From Deinococcales bacterium (GTDB taxonomy: Bacteria > Deinococcota > Deinococci > Deinococcales > JAAFIG01): a DNA stretch of 62,391 nucleotides. Where the stretch lies: assembly GCA_031414595.1 (NCBI GenBank), contig JANNVX010000100.1:1-62391 (forward strand), given 5' to 3'. A program made the position numbers and the translations under genes. Positions 41,555 through 50,536 of this stretch are shown one piece after another; the first letter of the stretch is position 1, and each line of letters begins with the position of its first letter. Below the pieces are notes generated by a model. The model did no database searches, was not told the origin of the DNA, and saw only the letters and a list, made by a program, of their open reading frames with translations.

Positions 41555-41661
41555 CATTCTCGAGTCACCCTCTCCCAAGTGACTCGAGGATGCCCAAAAA
41601 AAGTCTCGAGAGTACAGCGCTTCATCGCCGCCTCGAGCAAGGAGAATTTATGAAAAAATTG
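41555..41661 (+). repeat. Two-hairpin leader element, copy A
   Basis: Aligns with 42410-42501. Confidence 0.8.
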
Positions 41662-42402
41662 ATTCCATTGTTAGCCCTAACCGCCGCGATTTTGACCGCT
41701 TGCCCAACACCACAACCTGCTGGTACAGCCGTGCCAACCACTGGCGGCACAGTCAGTAGCAGCGATACGCAAGCCTCGTTGGTTGCGCCCAGTGCCACAG
41801 CAGGAACATTTGTCACGGTTACACCCTTGAGCGACCAAGGGCAAATACCGTCAGGTTTGACATTTGTTCGTGCCTATAATTTCCAAGTCACGGCGGGTTC
41901 AGTCCCCAGCGCGACCATCAGTTTCGCGGTCAATAATGCGGGCGTGAGCAAAGCTACAAGCAATGCCATTCGGTTGTTCCGCCGCGATGGTGTTTATTGG
42001 CGCTATGTGGAAGAACAGATTAGTGTCAAAGGCGCACTCCGGGCAACAGTTCAGACTTACGGTGTTTATGGTGTAATGAGCGGTGTTGCCACGATTAAAG
42101 ATATTGTCCTGACCCCAAACCCAGTCAGTTTGACCGTCGGAAATACCCAACAAATGACCGCCGTTGTGCGTGACAGCTTAAACCAACCGATGCCAAGCGT
42201 GGATAGCGCCATCACTTGGAATCTCGAGAGTCAAACATTGGCAGGCGCAATACCGCAAGCCCTTGAGGTCGTTGGGGTCAACACCATTAGCGCTACAGGT
42301 TTATTCACCGCCAATGCCGTCGCCACCGACAAAATCATTGCCACCACCAATCAAAATGTTGAAGTCCGTGTCCCAGTTACCGTGACCAAAGGAATCAAAT
42401 AG
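41650..42402 (+). CDS. Lipoprotein with C-terminal Ig-like (Big_2-like) domain
   Basis: AAGGAG RBS, lipobox LTAC, IVLTPNPVSLTVGNTQQMTA. Confidence 0.75.
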   Translation: MKKLIPLLALTAAILTACPTPQPAGTAVPTTGGTVSSSDTQASLVAPSATAGTFVTVTPLSDQGQIPSGLTFVRAYNFQVTAGSVPSATISFAVNNAGVSKATSNAIRLFRRDGVYWRYVEEQISVKGALRATVQTYGVYGVMSGVATIKDIVLTPNPVSLTVGNTQQMTAVVRDSLNQPMPSVDSAITWNLESQTLAGAIPQALEVVGVNTISATGLFTANAVATDKIIATTNQNVEVRVPVTVTKGIK

Positions 42403-42409
42403 GCTGACT

Positions 42410-42501
42410 CATCCTCGAGTCACCATGACTCGAGGATACCAAAAAAGTCTTGAGGCTACGGTATCGCCGTCTCGAGCAAGGAGAAAACCATGAAAAAATT
42501 G
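42410..42501 (+). repeat. Two-hairpin leader element, copy B
   Basis: Aligns with 41555-41661. Confidence 0.8.
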
Positions 42502-43122
42502 TTGATTGCCGCTACGCTATTCGTCTCGAGCCTCGCGCTTGCTCAAGCGGATTTTAGTAAGGGTCTGGCAGGTGTGATTCAAACTTTGGCTTCGGAGGAT
42601 ATGTTCTTTACGGGCATTGAAATCCCAACCCTCAAAAAACTGATGGGCAACCCAATCAAAGAAGATACTGTGACCTATAACCTCAAAGACGCGGGTGGAT
42701 TTGAAATGAGTTACCGCGTTAAGAAAAGCCAAGGCTTTGTGCAAATTTTTGAGAGCAAGATGACCTACTGGGTGACTTTTGCCGCCTTCCTGACCTCGGA
42801 TGATATTTTGGTGGGCATGGTCACCAGCGCCCAAAAAGCCAGCAATGGACGCGGCAACGACCTCCAGTTTTTTAGCATTGCTAAGAAAAAGCCAGTCTCG
42901 CCGGTTGGTGCAAAATGGTACAAAGCTGTGACCGATTTTGCCAATGGCAAGTGCAAAGTGCCAATCGAGAACATTCACTTTGAACTCAAAGAAAACGCTG
43001 ACGACATTAAAATTTCGGGCTTTGACATTTTCTTAACAGGCAAAAAATACACCCTCAGTGGTGTGCTGAAATTTGGTGAAAAAGGCGAAATTAGCTTTGA
43101 CCCGAAAACCGCCAAGTGCTAA
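42490..43122 (+). CDS. Secreted hypothetical protein
   Basis: AAGGAG RBS, signal peptide ending ALA. Confidence 0.75.
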   Translation: MKKLLIAATLFVSSLALAQADFSKGLAGVIQTLASEDMFFTGIEIPTLKKLMGNPIKEDTVTYNLKDAGGFEMSYRVKKSQGFVQIFESKMTYWVTFAAFLTSDDILVGMVTSAQKASNGRGNDLQFFSIAKKKPVSPVGAKWYKAVTDFANGKCKVPIENIHFELKENADDIKISGFDIFLTGKKYTLSGVLKFGEKGEISFDPKTAKC

Positions 43123-43132
43123 GGAATGTGCA

Positions 43133-43561
43133 ATGAATAAAACCATTCTCTTGCTATTCTCGAGCTTACTGATTTTGGCTTTTACTCAACATGGTCTGAG
43201 CCAAAATACAGATTTGGGTTCGATTACTACGCCGACTGGCAATATTTTTTGTCGGGTCGAAAAGGTCGCTGGCAGTACACTGCTCACTTGCCAAGTCTCA
43301 CAAAGTACGGCGGTTATTCCGCCAAAACCCAAAGACTGTAACCTCGAGTGGGGTAATCGTTTCCTCATGAGTGAACGCGGTAAGCCAGAGCGAGCTTGTT
43401 ATGGTGATGTGCTGTATAGCCCTAGCTTAAAGCGGCTCGAGTACGGGCAGACCCGGAAGATGGCTGGCTTTACTTGTGATTTAACCACGGCTCGTTTGCG
43501 CTGCGTCAACCTAGAGAAACACGGTTTTGAGCTTTCAAAAGCTGTTCAGAAACTGTTTTAA
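43133..43561 (+). CDS. Secreted Cys-rich protein, DUF6636-like
   Basis: TTPTGNIFC...LEYGQT...GFTC...LRCVN..HGFELS. Confidence 0.65.
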   Translation: MNKTILLLFSSLLILAFTQHGLSQNTDLGSITTPTGNIFCRVEKVAGSTLLTCQVSQSTAVIPPKPKDCNLEWGNRFLMSERGKPERACYGDVLYSPSLKRLEYGQTRKMAGFTCDLTTARLRCVNLEKHGFELSKAVQKLF

Positions 43562-43593
43562 GTTGCGATTTAGTCACGATACATCCTTAAACT
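43562..43593 (+). promoter_or_regulatory. Promoter box GTTGCGAT-N3-GTCACG-N9-TAAACT
   Basis: 15/17 identical to 41516-41532, same spacing to the -10-like hexamer. Confidence 0.6.
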
Positions 43594-43624
43594 ATTTAAA
43601 TCTCGAACCTCGATAAGGAGAACG

Positions 43625-45055
43625 ATGAAAAAAGGTCTACTTGCACTGTCTTTGCTGGCGCTAACTGGCGTAGCACTGGCACAATTTAATCAGAATCGGA
43701 ATTTGCCAACCAAATTCCCAATAGATTGCCGCGCTCTTGACCGTCGCCCGACCAGCCCAGCCGAAGCTGTCCAGAATTGGAACTTTCGCTGCCAGCGCCT
43801 CGCTGACCAATGGGGCAAAGGCGCACGTTTTGGCACGGGTATTGGACCCGCTCAATTGATGACTGGCTTCCCAACCAAACCCGGCTCGAGCCGCTATTAC
43901 GGCGGATTTTTAGACAATGCCAAGCGCAAAATTTACATTGGTAGCACTTGGTCAGATAACCGCGATGTTGGCGGCAACCCAGACTTAAAAAACTTTGGTG
44001 TGATTTACGAAGTGGACATTGACTGGTCAAAACCAGAAACAGTCGGCAACCGCAAAGTGATTTCTGGGAAATATCTCTCGAGACAAGGCGATGTGGATGT
44101 CGGTTCTGGTGATACCTTACGCACGGTGCGAACCATCAAACGCGGCAAGGACGGCATGTTCTATGCTTTTACATATGACTCGGGCAATGTGTCCACGATT
44201 ATGAAAGTAGACCCGACGACAGGAAACCGCACCACCGTCTGGACGGAAAAAGCCATTTTGTACTCTGACAAACCTGAATTTCCCAAAGACCAATGCGAAC
44301 AAGGCAGCGTGCCTCAAGCCCCCGGCGTGATGGGCAGTGTACCCGCAAGCTCGAGACGAAGTAAACAAATCAACACTGGTTTTGCGCCATTTGAAATGAA
44401 CCCCAACACTGGCGAGTTCTACCTGATTCCAAACCCTGGCACAGGACCATTTGGGATTATGAAAATTTCTGCCGACGGCAAAGAATGCTCTTGGGTGACA
44501 CGCATGAAAGCTCAGGGCAACAACCGTTACACCGACAATGCCGAAAATAAAGCCAAAGCAGATTATGGTTTGCCCAATGGCTCTGGTCCAAGGGGTACGG
44601 GTATCACCAACATGACCTTCCCCGGTACAAACATTTATTTTCATGAAATTAAGGGTAAGCAATGGCTCTACGTATCATCAGGCAATACCTACTGGCGTGC
44701 CGATGTTGATACTGGCAACCGTGAACAGGTCATGCAGCAAGAACCCGGTGATTCCTACAGTGTCTGGGACCCTGTTCGTAACTTCCTTTGGACAAGTGGC
44801 ACAGGCAACGGTTCGGGTATTGCACCAGTCACGATTAACGATGAAGACAATCCAAAACTTGGCGGTAATATATTCTGCATGAACCCAACTGCTGCATGGT
44901 TTCAGTGTGTTCGTGGCGTTGGCGAAGCAGGACCCATGCTGCGCGGCGGCTTGTTCTTAGACCCAGCCGATGGAAATTTAATCATGGCGCACGATGCAGT
45001 TGGCTTGGTACGAATCGAAGTTACAACAGGCAACACCTACACATTTTCGTTGTAG
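43625..45055 (+). CDS. Secreted hypothetical protein, probable beta-propeller
   Basis: Signal peptide; repeated xVDxxTGNR blade ends. Confidence 0.7.
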   Translation: MKKGLLALSLLALTGVALAQFNQNRNLPTKFPIDCRALDRRPTSPAEAVQNWNFRCQRLADQWGKGARFGTGIGPAQLMTGFPTKPGSSRYYGGFLDNAKRKIYIGSTWSDNRDVGGNPDLKNFGVIYEVDIDWSKPETVGNRKVISGKYLSRQGDVDVGSGDTLRTVRTIKRGKDGMFYAFTYDSGNVSTIMKVDPTTGNRTTVWTEKAILYSDKPEFPKDQCEQGSVPQAPGVMGSVPASSRRSKQINTGFAPFEMNPNTGEFYLIPNPGTGPFGIMKISADGKECSWVTRMKAQGNNRYTDNAENKAKADYGLPNGSGPRGTGITNMTFPGTNIYFHEIKGKQWLYVSSGNTYWRADVDTGNREQVMQQEPGDSYSVWDPVRNFLWTSGTGNGSGIAPVTINDEDNPKLGGNIFCMNPTAAWFQCVRGVGEAGPMLRGGLFLDPADGNLIMAHDAVGLVRIEVTTGNTYTFSL

Positions 45056-45063
45056 AACACTTC

Positions 45064-45093
45064 AAAACCCCACTCAATTGAATGGGGTTTTTG
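45064..45093 (+). terminator. Rho-independent terminator
   Basis: AAAACCCCA/TGGGGTTTT stem with T tail. Confidence 0.7.
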
Positions 45094-45261
45094 TTGTTTC
45101 TCGAGCCTCGATTTTTTCACAACACCACAGAAAATACTCGAGAAATGGGGTTCGGGACACCAAAAGTCATTCATTAAAATCAGCCAAATATAAGCCCTTG
45201 ATTCTAAATCTCGTGGTGTTTTCCTACAGTCAAAGCTGCCTGTTTTGACGTAAAACAGAGC

Positions 45262-46224
45262 ATGAAACGATTACTGGCTGTTTTACTGTTTTTATTGGTC
45301 TCCTGTGCGCCTGTGGCTCGAGACCCAAATGCGCCTTCGGTAGCGGATGCCCCGCCAGCGCCACGTCTGGCGGGAATGACCTCGAGTGCCTATGTGATTC
45401 TAGCGGGTGAACGGGTTTATTACGAGGTTGGCGGTTCGGGAACACCCGTGGTTTTTGTGCATGGCATTGGCGCGGGCAATTCCATGCACTTGTACCGACA
45501 AAATACTTTAGCACTGAGTAAGCAACATCGGATTTATGCTTTTGATTTTCCGGGCTTTGCTCGTTCTGGCGCACAACCAATCATGTACACCAACGAACTC
45601 TATGTACAAGTCTTGCGCGAATTCTTGCAAAAAGTGGTGCGTGCGCCAGCCGCTATCATCGGCGGAAGTTATGGCGCAGACTATGCCATTCGTGTAGCTG
45701 CCGAAAACCCCGAACTGATCACAAAACTTTTTTTGGCTAATCCAAGCGGTTACGGCTTTTCCGACGAAGCCAGATTTGCGCGTGGCTCAGACCGATTCCG
45801 CCGCAACCCTGACTTATTTAATCAGTACGCCACTACCCCAATCGGGCTGTTTTTATTTCAGATTCTCAGTGGTGAGGGCGGCTTAAATTTTTTCTTGTAC
45901 AACACTGTTTACTTAAATGGCAACTTGGTTACGCCTGAACTGACGCGGATTTACCAGCAGAATCTCGAGGGGGCAAATAAAGCCTTTGCACCGTTTTCGT
46001 TTTTTGCTGGGATGCTCGCCCAAGATGTTAGCGGGTACTGGGCAAAACTCAAACAACCAGCCTATTTGGTTTGGGGTAACGAGGATGTCTTTACACCAAT
46101 TACCGAAAGCCGATATTTTCTCGAGGCACGCCCTGTGCCAATGGCAGTTGTACGCGCCCGTGCAGTGCCTTACGATGAGGCGTTTGAAAAGTTCAATAAA
46201 ATTGCTTTGCAGTTCTTGAAGTAG
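45262..46224 (+). CDS. Alpha/beta hydrolase-fold lipoprotein
   Basis: Lipobox LVSC, VFVHGIG, DFPGFARS, GGSYG, WGNED. Confidence 0.85.
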   Translation: MKRLLAVLLFLLVSCAPVARDPNAPSVADAPPAPRLAGMTSSAYVILAGERVYYEVGGSGTPVVFVHGIGAGNSMHLYRQNTLALSKQHRIYAFDFPGFARSGAQPIMYTNELYVQVLREFLQKVVRAPAAIIGGSYGADYAIRVAAENPELITKLFLANPSGYGFSDEARFARGSDRFRRNPDLFNQYATTPIGLFLFQILSGEGGLNFFLYNTVYLNGNLVTPELTRIYQQNLEGANKAFAPFSFFAGMLAQDVSGYWAKLKQPAYLVWGNEDVFTPITESRYFLEARPVPMAVVRARAVPYDEAFEKFNKIALQFLK

Positions 46225-48543
46225 CTAAATCACGTCTTTGACAAAGCCTTCGCCTCGAGCTTGTAATTCGCCCCGTAGGTGGCTGCTGACGGGTTTCTCG
46301 AGGGTCGGGTCAAATTCGAGGATGCGTTTTGCGAGTTCACGGGCTTGTTCAATAATAATCGTGTCCCTCGCAATATCGCCAAGTTTCAGGTCGGCAAGTC
46401 CACTTTGGCGTGTTCCCATGATTTCGCCGGGTCCGCGCAGTTTGAGGTCAGCTTCGGCTATTCTGAAGCCGTCGGTGGTGGATTCAATCACTTTTAAGCG
46501 TTCCTTGGTTTTTTTGCTGTGGTCGCCCGCCACCAGTAAACAATAACTTTGCTCTGCGCCGCGTCCGACCCGTCCGCGCAACTGATGCAGTTGCGATAAT
46601 CCAAAGCGTTCGGCATTTTCGATGACCATAACCGTGGCGTTGGGGATGTCAACCCCAACTTCGATAACCGTAGTGGAAACAAGAATATCAAAATCGAGAC
46701 TACGGAAACGCTGCATAATCTGGTCTTTGTGTTCGGCGGGCATTTTGCCGTGTAGCAGTTCGATTCTGGCTTCGGGAAGGATTTCTTTGAGGTCGGCTGC
46801 CAGTTGAGTGGCGGCTAGAATCTCCTCGAGTTTTTCCGATTCTTCGATTAAAGGCGCAACCACAAAGGCTTGTCTGCCAAGGCGAATTTGTTGCAACACA
46901 AAACTATAGGCTTGCCGACGATGGGTGTCTAAAAGCAACTTGGTTTGAATGGGGGTGCGTCCGGGTGGCAGTTCGTCTATAATTGTTAGCTCGAGGTCGC
47001 CATAAGCGGTTAAAGCTAGACTGCGCGGAATGGGGGTGGCGCTCATCACCAGAACATCGGGGCGGCTGGCAAGTAACGCTCGGCGCTGCATCACTCCAAA
47101 ACGATGTTCTTCGTCTATGACGGCTAAACCAAGGTTCTTAAAATTAACCCCTTCTTGAATCAGGGCTTGTGTACCCACCGCTATATCAATTTGCCCCGTC
47201 TCGAGCCGTTCACGGGCAGCACGGCGTTCTTTGACGGTCATTGCACCAATCAGTAATTCTATTTTTAAGCCAAGTGGATACAAATACTTTTGAAAATTAA
47301 GGTAATGCTGCCGTGCCAGAATTTCGGTTGGTGCCATCATTGCGCCTTGAAAACCATCCAGTGCAGCCAAGTACAAAGCACAAGCTGCCACGGCGGTTTT
47401 GCCACTGCCGACATCGCCTTGGAGTAACCGTGCCATCTGCTTTGGCAGGCGCATACTAGCGGCAATCTCGAGTAAACAGCGACGTTGGGCTTTGGTAAAC
47501 TTAAACGGCAAGGCAGCTTCAAAACGGTTGATGTCTTCGTCTAACGCCCTGAATTGCTTACCGAGCAAATGACTTTTCCCCTCGAGCATCACCCGTAACT
47601 CGAGAAACAAGAATTCATCGAATTTAAGCCGTTCTAGTGCCAATTCTAAGGTCTCGAGTTCAGTTGGTTGATGAGCTTCCCGCAAGGCTTGAGCAAGCGG
47701 CATCAGCTTAAATTCACCACGGGTTTTGCTGCTTAAAAAATCCTCGAGTTCGGGAAAAGCATCCAGCACCGCTTGTCCGCAGCGCCGCAAAAAGGCTTGG
47801 GAAATGCCATCGGTGGTGCTGTAAACCCCAATCACACGGTCGGTGCTGAGGCTTTCGCCGTCGTCGTCAAGTTCAAAGTATTCGACTCCTACTTCTAATT
47901 TGCGTCCAAAACGCTTGGCTTTGCCAGTCACAATCAGCCGAGCGCCTTCGCGCAGGGTTTTTTCGACCCAAGGCTGATTAAACCAAGTGGCGGCTGCCAT
48001 ATTGCCGTAGTCGTCGCGCAGTTCGGCTTTAAGAATCAGCATTCCTTTACGCGGTTGCACTCGAGATTTACTGGTGACAGTGCCAACAATCGTGACTTTG
48101 GCGGCATCTTCGATTAAGTGAAAGCCCGGTAATTTGCGCCTGTCTTCGTAACGACGCGGATAGAAATGCAGTAAATCCCGAACGGTACGCACATTTAAGA
48201 GCGCCAGTTTTTTGACCGCACCAATCGGCAGGGTCAGTTTCTCGAGCAGGCTGTCCAGATGCACAGGGCTGCGTTCGGTTGGTAAATCTTTTTGGACTCG
48301 AGTCACCACGGGTTTAGCTATTGGCTCGAGCAGTGCCAGTGCCTCGAGCAGTCGGGTTTGGCGTTCTTCTAAGCTAAAGGTGCTGTAGCCATCCAACACT
48401 GCCCGCACCTTGGGGAAAGGTTGTGCCACATTGCTGAGTAACGCCTCAAGTCCAGCCGTCACGACTTTATCCTGACAACCAGTAGCCAATTCGCGTTCCA
48501 GTGGTCTTTTTAGGCGTTCACGCAGTTCTTCAACAGTTGGCAC
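46225..48543 (-). CDS. recG: ATP-dependent DNA helicase RecG
   Basis: [41 protein letters not shown] start at 48543 inferred. Confidence 0.97.
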   Translation of the reverse strand: MPTVEELRERLKRPLERELATGCQDKVVTAGLEALLSNVAQPFPKVRAVLDGYSTFSLEERQTRLLEALALLEPIAKPVVTRVQKDLPTERSPVHLDSLLEKLTLPIGAVKKLALLNVRTVRDLLHFYPRRYEDRRKLPGFHLIEDAAKVTIVGTVTSKSRVQPRKGMLILKAELRDDYGNMAAATWFNQPWVEKTLREGARLIVTGKAKRFGRKLEVGVEYFELDDDGESLSTDRVIGVYSTTDGISQAFLRRCGQAVLDAFPELEDFLSSKTRGEFKLMPLAQALREAHQPTELETLELALERLKFDEFLFLELRVMLEGKSHLLGKQFRALDEDINRFEAALPFKFTKAQRRCLLEIAASMRLPKQMARLLQGDVGSGKTAVAACALYLAALDGFQGAMMAPTEILARQHYLNFQKYLYPLGLKIELLIGAMTVKERRAARERLETGQIDIAVGTQALIQEGVNFKNLGLAVIDEEHRFGVMQRRALLASRPDVLVMSATPIPRSLALTAYGDLELTIIDELPPGRTPIQTKLLLDTHRRQAYSFVLQQIRLGRQAFVVAPLIEESEKLEEILAATQLAADLKEILPEARIELLHGKMPAEHKDQIMQRFRSLDFDILVSTTVIEVGVDIPNATVMVIENAERFGLSQLHQLRGRVGRGAEQSYCLLVAGDHSKKTKERLKVIESTTDGFRIAEADLKLRGPGEIMGTRQSGLADLKLGDIARDTIIIEQARELAKRILEFDPTLEKPVSSHLRGELQARGEGFVKDVI

Positions 48544-48636
48544 ACCTCGGATTTTAACATATTCTGTTTTGGGCGAAATAATAGAAAAATACCAATGACA
48601 CATAACGCATCATTGGTATTTGAATCTGGCAAAACT

Positions 48637-49164
48637 TTATTTCAAATCAAATGAAACTTTAATCTGGTCTGTGCCTACCAACGTAGATTTTAGTGACAAG
48701 GTAAAGCTCTTAAAGCTCAGACTTGCCTCGAGACCTTTATCCATCATTGTGCCGCCCATTGCATCGGCTGGTTTGTCCATTGCTCCACCTGGTTTGTCCA
48801 TTGCGCCACCCGGTTTGTCCATTGCTCCATCGGCTGGCTTGTCCATTGCGGCGGCTGGTTTGTCCATTGCTCCACCCATCATCGCATCGCCGCCCATATG
48901 GGTTACTTTCCAACCTTGTTTTGCAAAAGCAGTTTCATGGAACTTAAAAGGTTCGGCGGCATCCTTACCTTTGTAGACCAAAACAACACTTTTACCAGAG
49001 TTACTGCGTGTCAAAATTGGTAGTTGTGTGTAAGCAGCGATATTGACCACTTCGCCAGTCACCCGACCATTTTGCAAAGCACTCGAGGTTAAACGCAGAG
49101 CAGGAGCAGCGAGGGCGATTCCACCAACGACAACAGCAGCAAGAGCTAAAGCAATACGATTCAT
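48637..49164 (-). CDS. Secreted protein with Met-rich AMDKP repeats
   Basis: Signal peptide, five AMDKP units, AGGAG RBS. Confidence 0.8.
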   Translation of the reverse strand: MNRIALALAAVVVGGIALAAPALRLTSSALQNGRVTGEVVNIAAYTQLPILTRSNSGKSVVLVYKGKDAAEPFKFHETAFAKQGWKVTHMGGDAMMGGAMDKPAAAMDKPADGAMDKPGGAMDKPGGAMDKPADAMGGTMMDKGLEASLSFKSFTLSLKSTLVGTDQIKVSFDLK

Positions 49165-49220
49165 AATTTTCTCCTAGGGCGTAACAACCCATCGTGACCT
49201 TCTAGGTCACGGGCATAACA

Positions 49221-49313
49221 AACGAATGAGGATCGCAAAAAAGTTCTAACGACTCGAGTCCGTCAAACATTGGTGCGTCAGTGGAAGATACGGGCGGTAG
49301 TGCGAGGAAGTTC
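49221..49313 (-). promoter_or_regulatory. Two tandem ECF-sigma-like promoters
   Basis: Minus strand GAACTT-N15-CGTA (49313-49289) and GAACTT-N16-CGTT (49246-49221). Confidence 0.5.
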
Positions 49314-49331
49314 AATTGGACTTGAGTTCAC

Positions 49332-50441
49332 TTAACGGATTTCCCTAGACCGAATTAGCCAGACACCGGCAATTAAAAACCCAGCATTGGCAAGCCAAGG
49401 GGCAATAAAGGCGGGCAGCACGCCCATTTGCCCTAGGGTGCGCCCAAGAAACAAAGCCGCGTAAAAGCCAATCGCAATCAGCACCGCGTAACCAAAAGCG
49501 GTACTCGAGTTTCGAGCGCCCCTTGAAGCCACCGCCACACCAAAAAGTAAAATAATAAAACTAGCAAAAGGCAAAGCGGTTTTTAAGCCCAGTTGCGCTG
49601 CAACTTCGCGTTTTTGTATCCCTTCAGCTTTTTGATGGTCAATATACAAATCCGAAATACTGCGTGGGTCTTCAAAACCACTGCCGTCATTTTCGGCAAC
49701 CAACTGGTCGGTTGTTTTTTTAATTGGCACACTGGTTTTGGCATTTACATTCAGCGAACCGCGAAAAATCTCGAGAAAAGCATTCTGCGTCCAAGTGGTG
49801 GTAATTTCATCGGGTGGTGGAAAAAAATCGTGGTCTACCGTGTACTTACGAAAACCAACCATCTCGAGCCGATTCTTGGTAATTTGGGCGGTGCGAGCTA
49901 ACGTAATGCTTTGCTTATTGCCGACCCATTCTTCAAGGCGGACATTCTCGAGCCTGTTACCACTGACCCCCGTAAAAAACAGGGTTTTACCGTCTAAGTC
50001 AAGGCGTTTACCCGCAATTCGGGTTAAGGCATTGCCAGAAACACCATCCCACCAAGTCACACTGACGAGTTGATTGGCTCTTGGGGCAATAAATTCTGAC
50101 ACCACATAACCCAAACCTGTCACCAACGCCCCAAAAAGCAGCACCGGACGCGCCACTTGCAGTAAACTGATTCCACCAGACTGCGCCGCCAGAAGCTCGT
50201 TTTCTCGAGCCAGCCGCCCAAAAACCATCAGGGCAGTAAAGACCGAAGCGATTGGGAAGGCTTGCAGCGCAAAATTGGGAATTTGGTATAGCATCCAAGG
50301 CAGCAACGACTTGGCGGGTAATGCCGATAAGAATGGTTGTGCCAGAATTCGCCAGAGCAGAAAAATACCAATGTACAAAAAAGTACCGATTAAAAAGTTG
50401 GGGATGGTTTCACGGGCTACCATACGCTCGAGTCGCGTCAT
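49332..50441 (-). CDS. LptF/LptG-family permease
   Basis: FGRLARENELLAAQSGGIS, ALPFASF, LPAFIAPWLAN. Confidence 0.88.
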   Translation of the reverse strand: MTRLERMVARETIPNFLIGTFLYIGIFLLWRILAQPFLSALPAKSLLPWMLYQIPNFALQAFPIASVFTALMVFGRLARENELLAAQSGGISLLQVARPVLLFGALVTGLGYVVSEFIAPRANQLVSVTWWDGVSGNALTRIAGKRLDLDGKTLFFTGVSGNRLENVRLEEWVGNKQSITLARTAQITKNRLEMVGFRKYTVDHDFFPPPDEITTTWTQNAFLEIFRGSLNVNAKTSVPIKKTTDQLVAENDGSGFEDPRSISDLYIDHQKAEGIQKREVAAQLGLKTALPFASFIILLFGVAVASRGARNSSTAFGYAVLIAIGFYAALFLGRTLGQMGVLPAFIAPWLANAGFLIAGVWLIRSREIR

Positions 50442-50483
50442 GGGTGCATCCTAACTTTTAGGAAATAAGAAATAATGAGGCGC

Positions 50484-50525
50484 AAAATAAAATCAGGAGG
50501 CGTGATACTCGTGCCTCCTGAAAAA
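50484..50525 (-). terminator. Terminator after the alpha-2-macroglobulin gene
   Basis: TCAGGAGGCG/TGCCTCCTGA stem flanked by A runs. Confidence 0.65.
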
Positions 50526-50536
50526 TCTTGTCAGAT

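Noticed and set aside
41497-41649. Longest-ORF N-terminal extension (likewise for pfkA, recG, dppC and sodA)
   Set aside because: Better RBS-supported downstream starts exist; this extension spans promoter and leader DNA
41555-45055. Classical integron cassette array
   Set aside because: No integrase and no RYYYAAC/GTTRRRY attC ends; only two copies of the element
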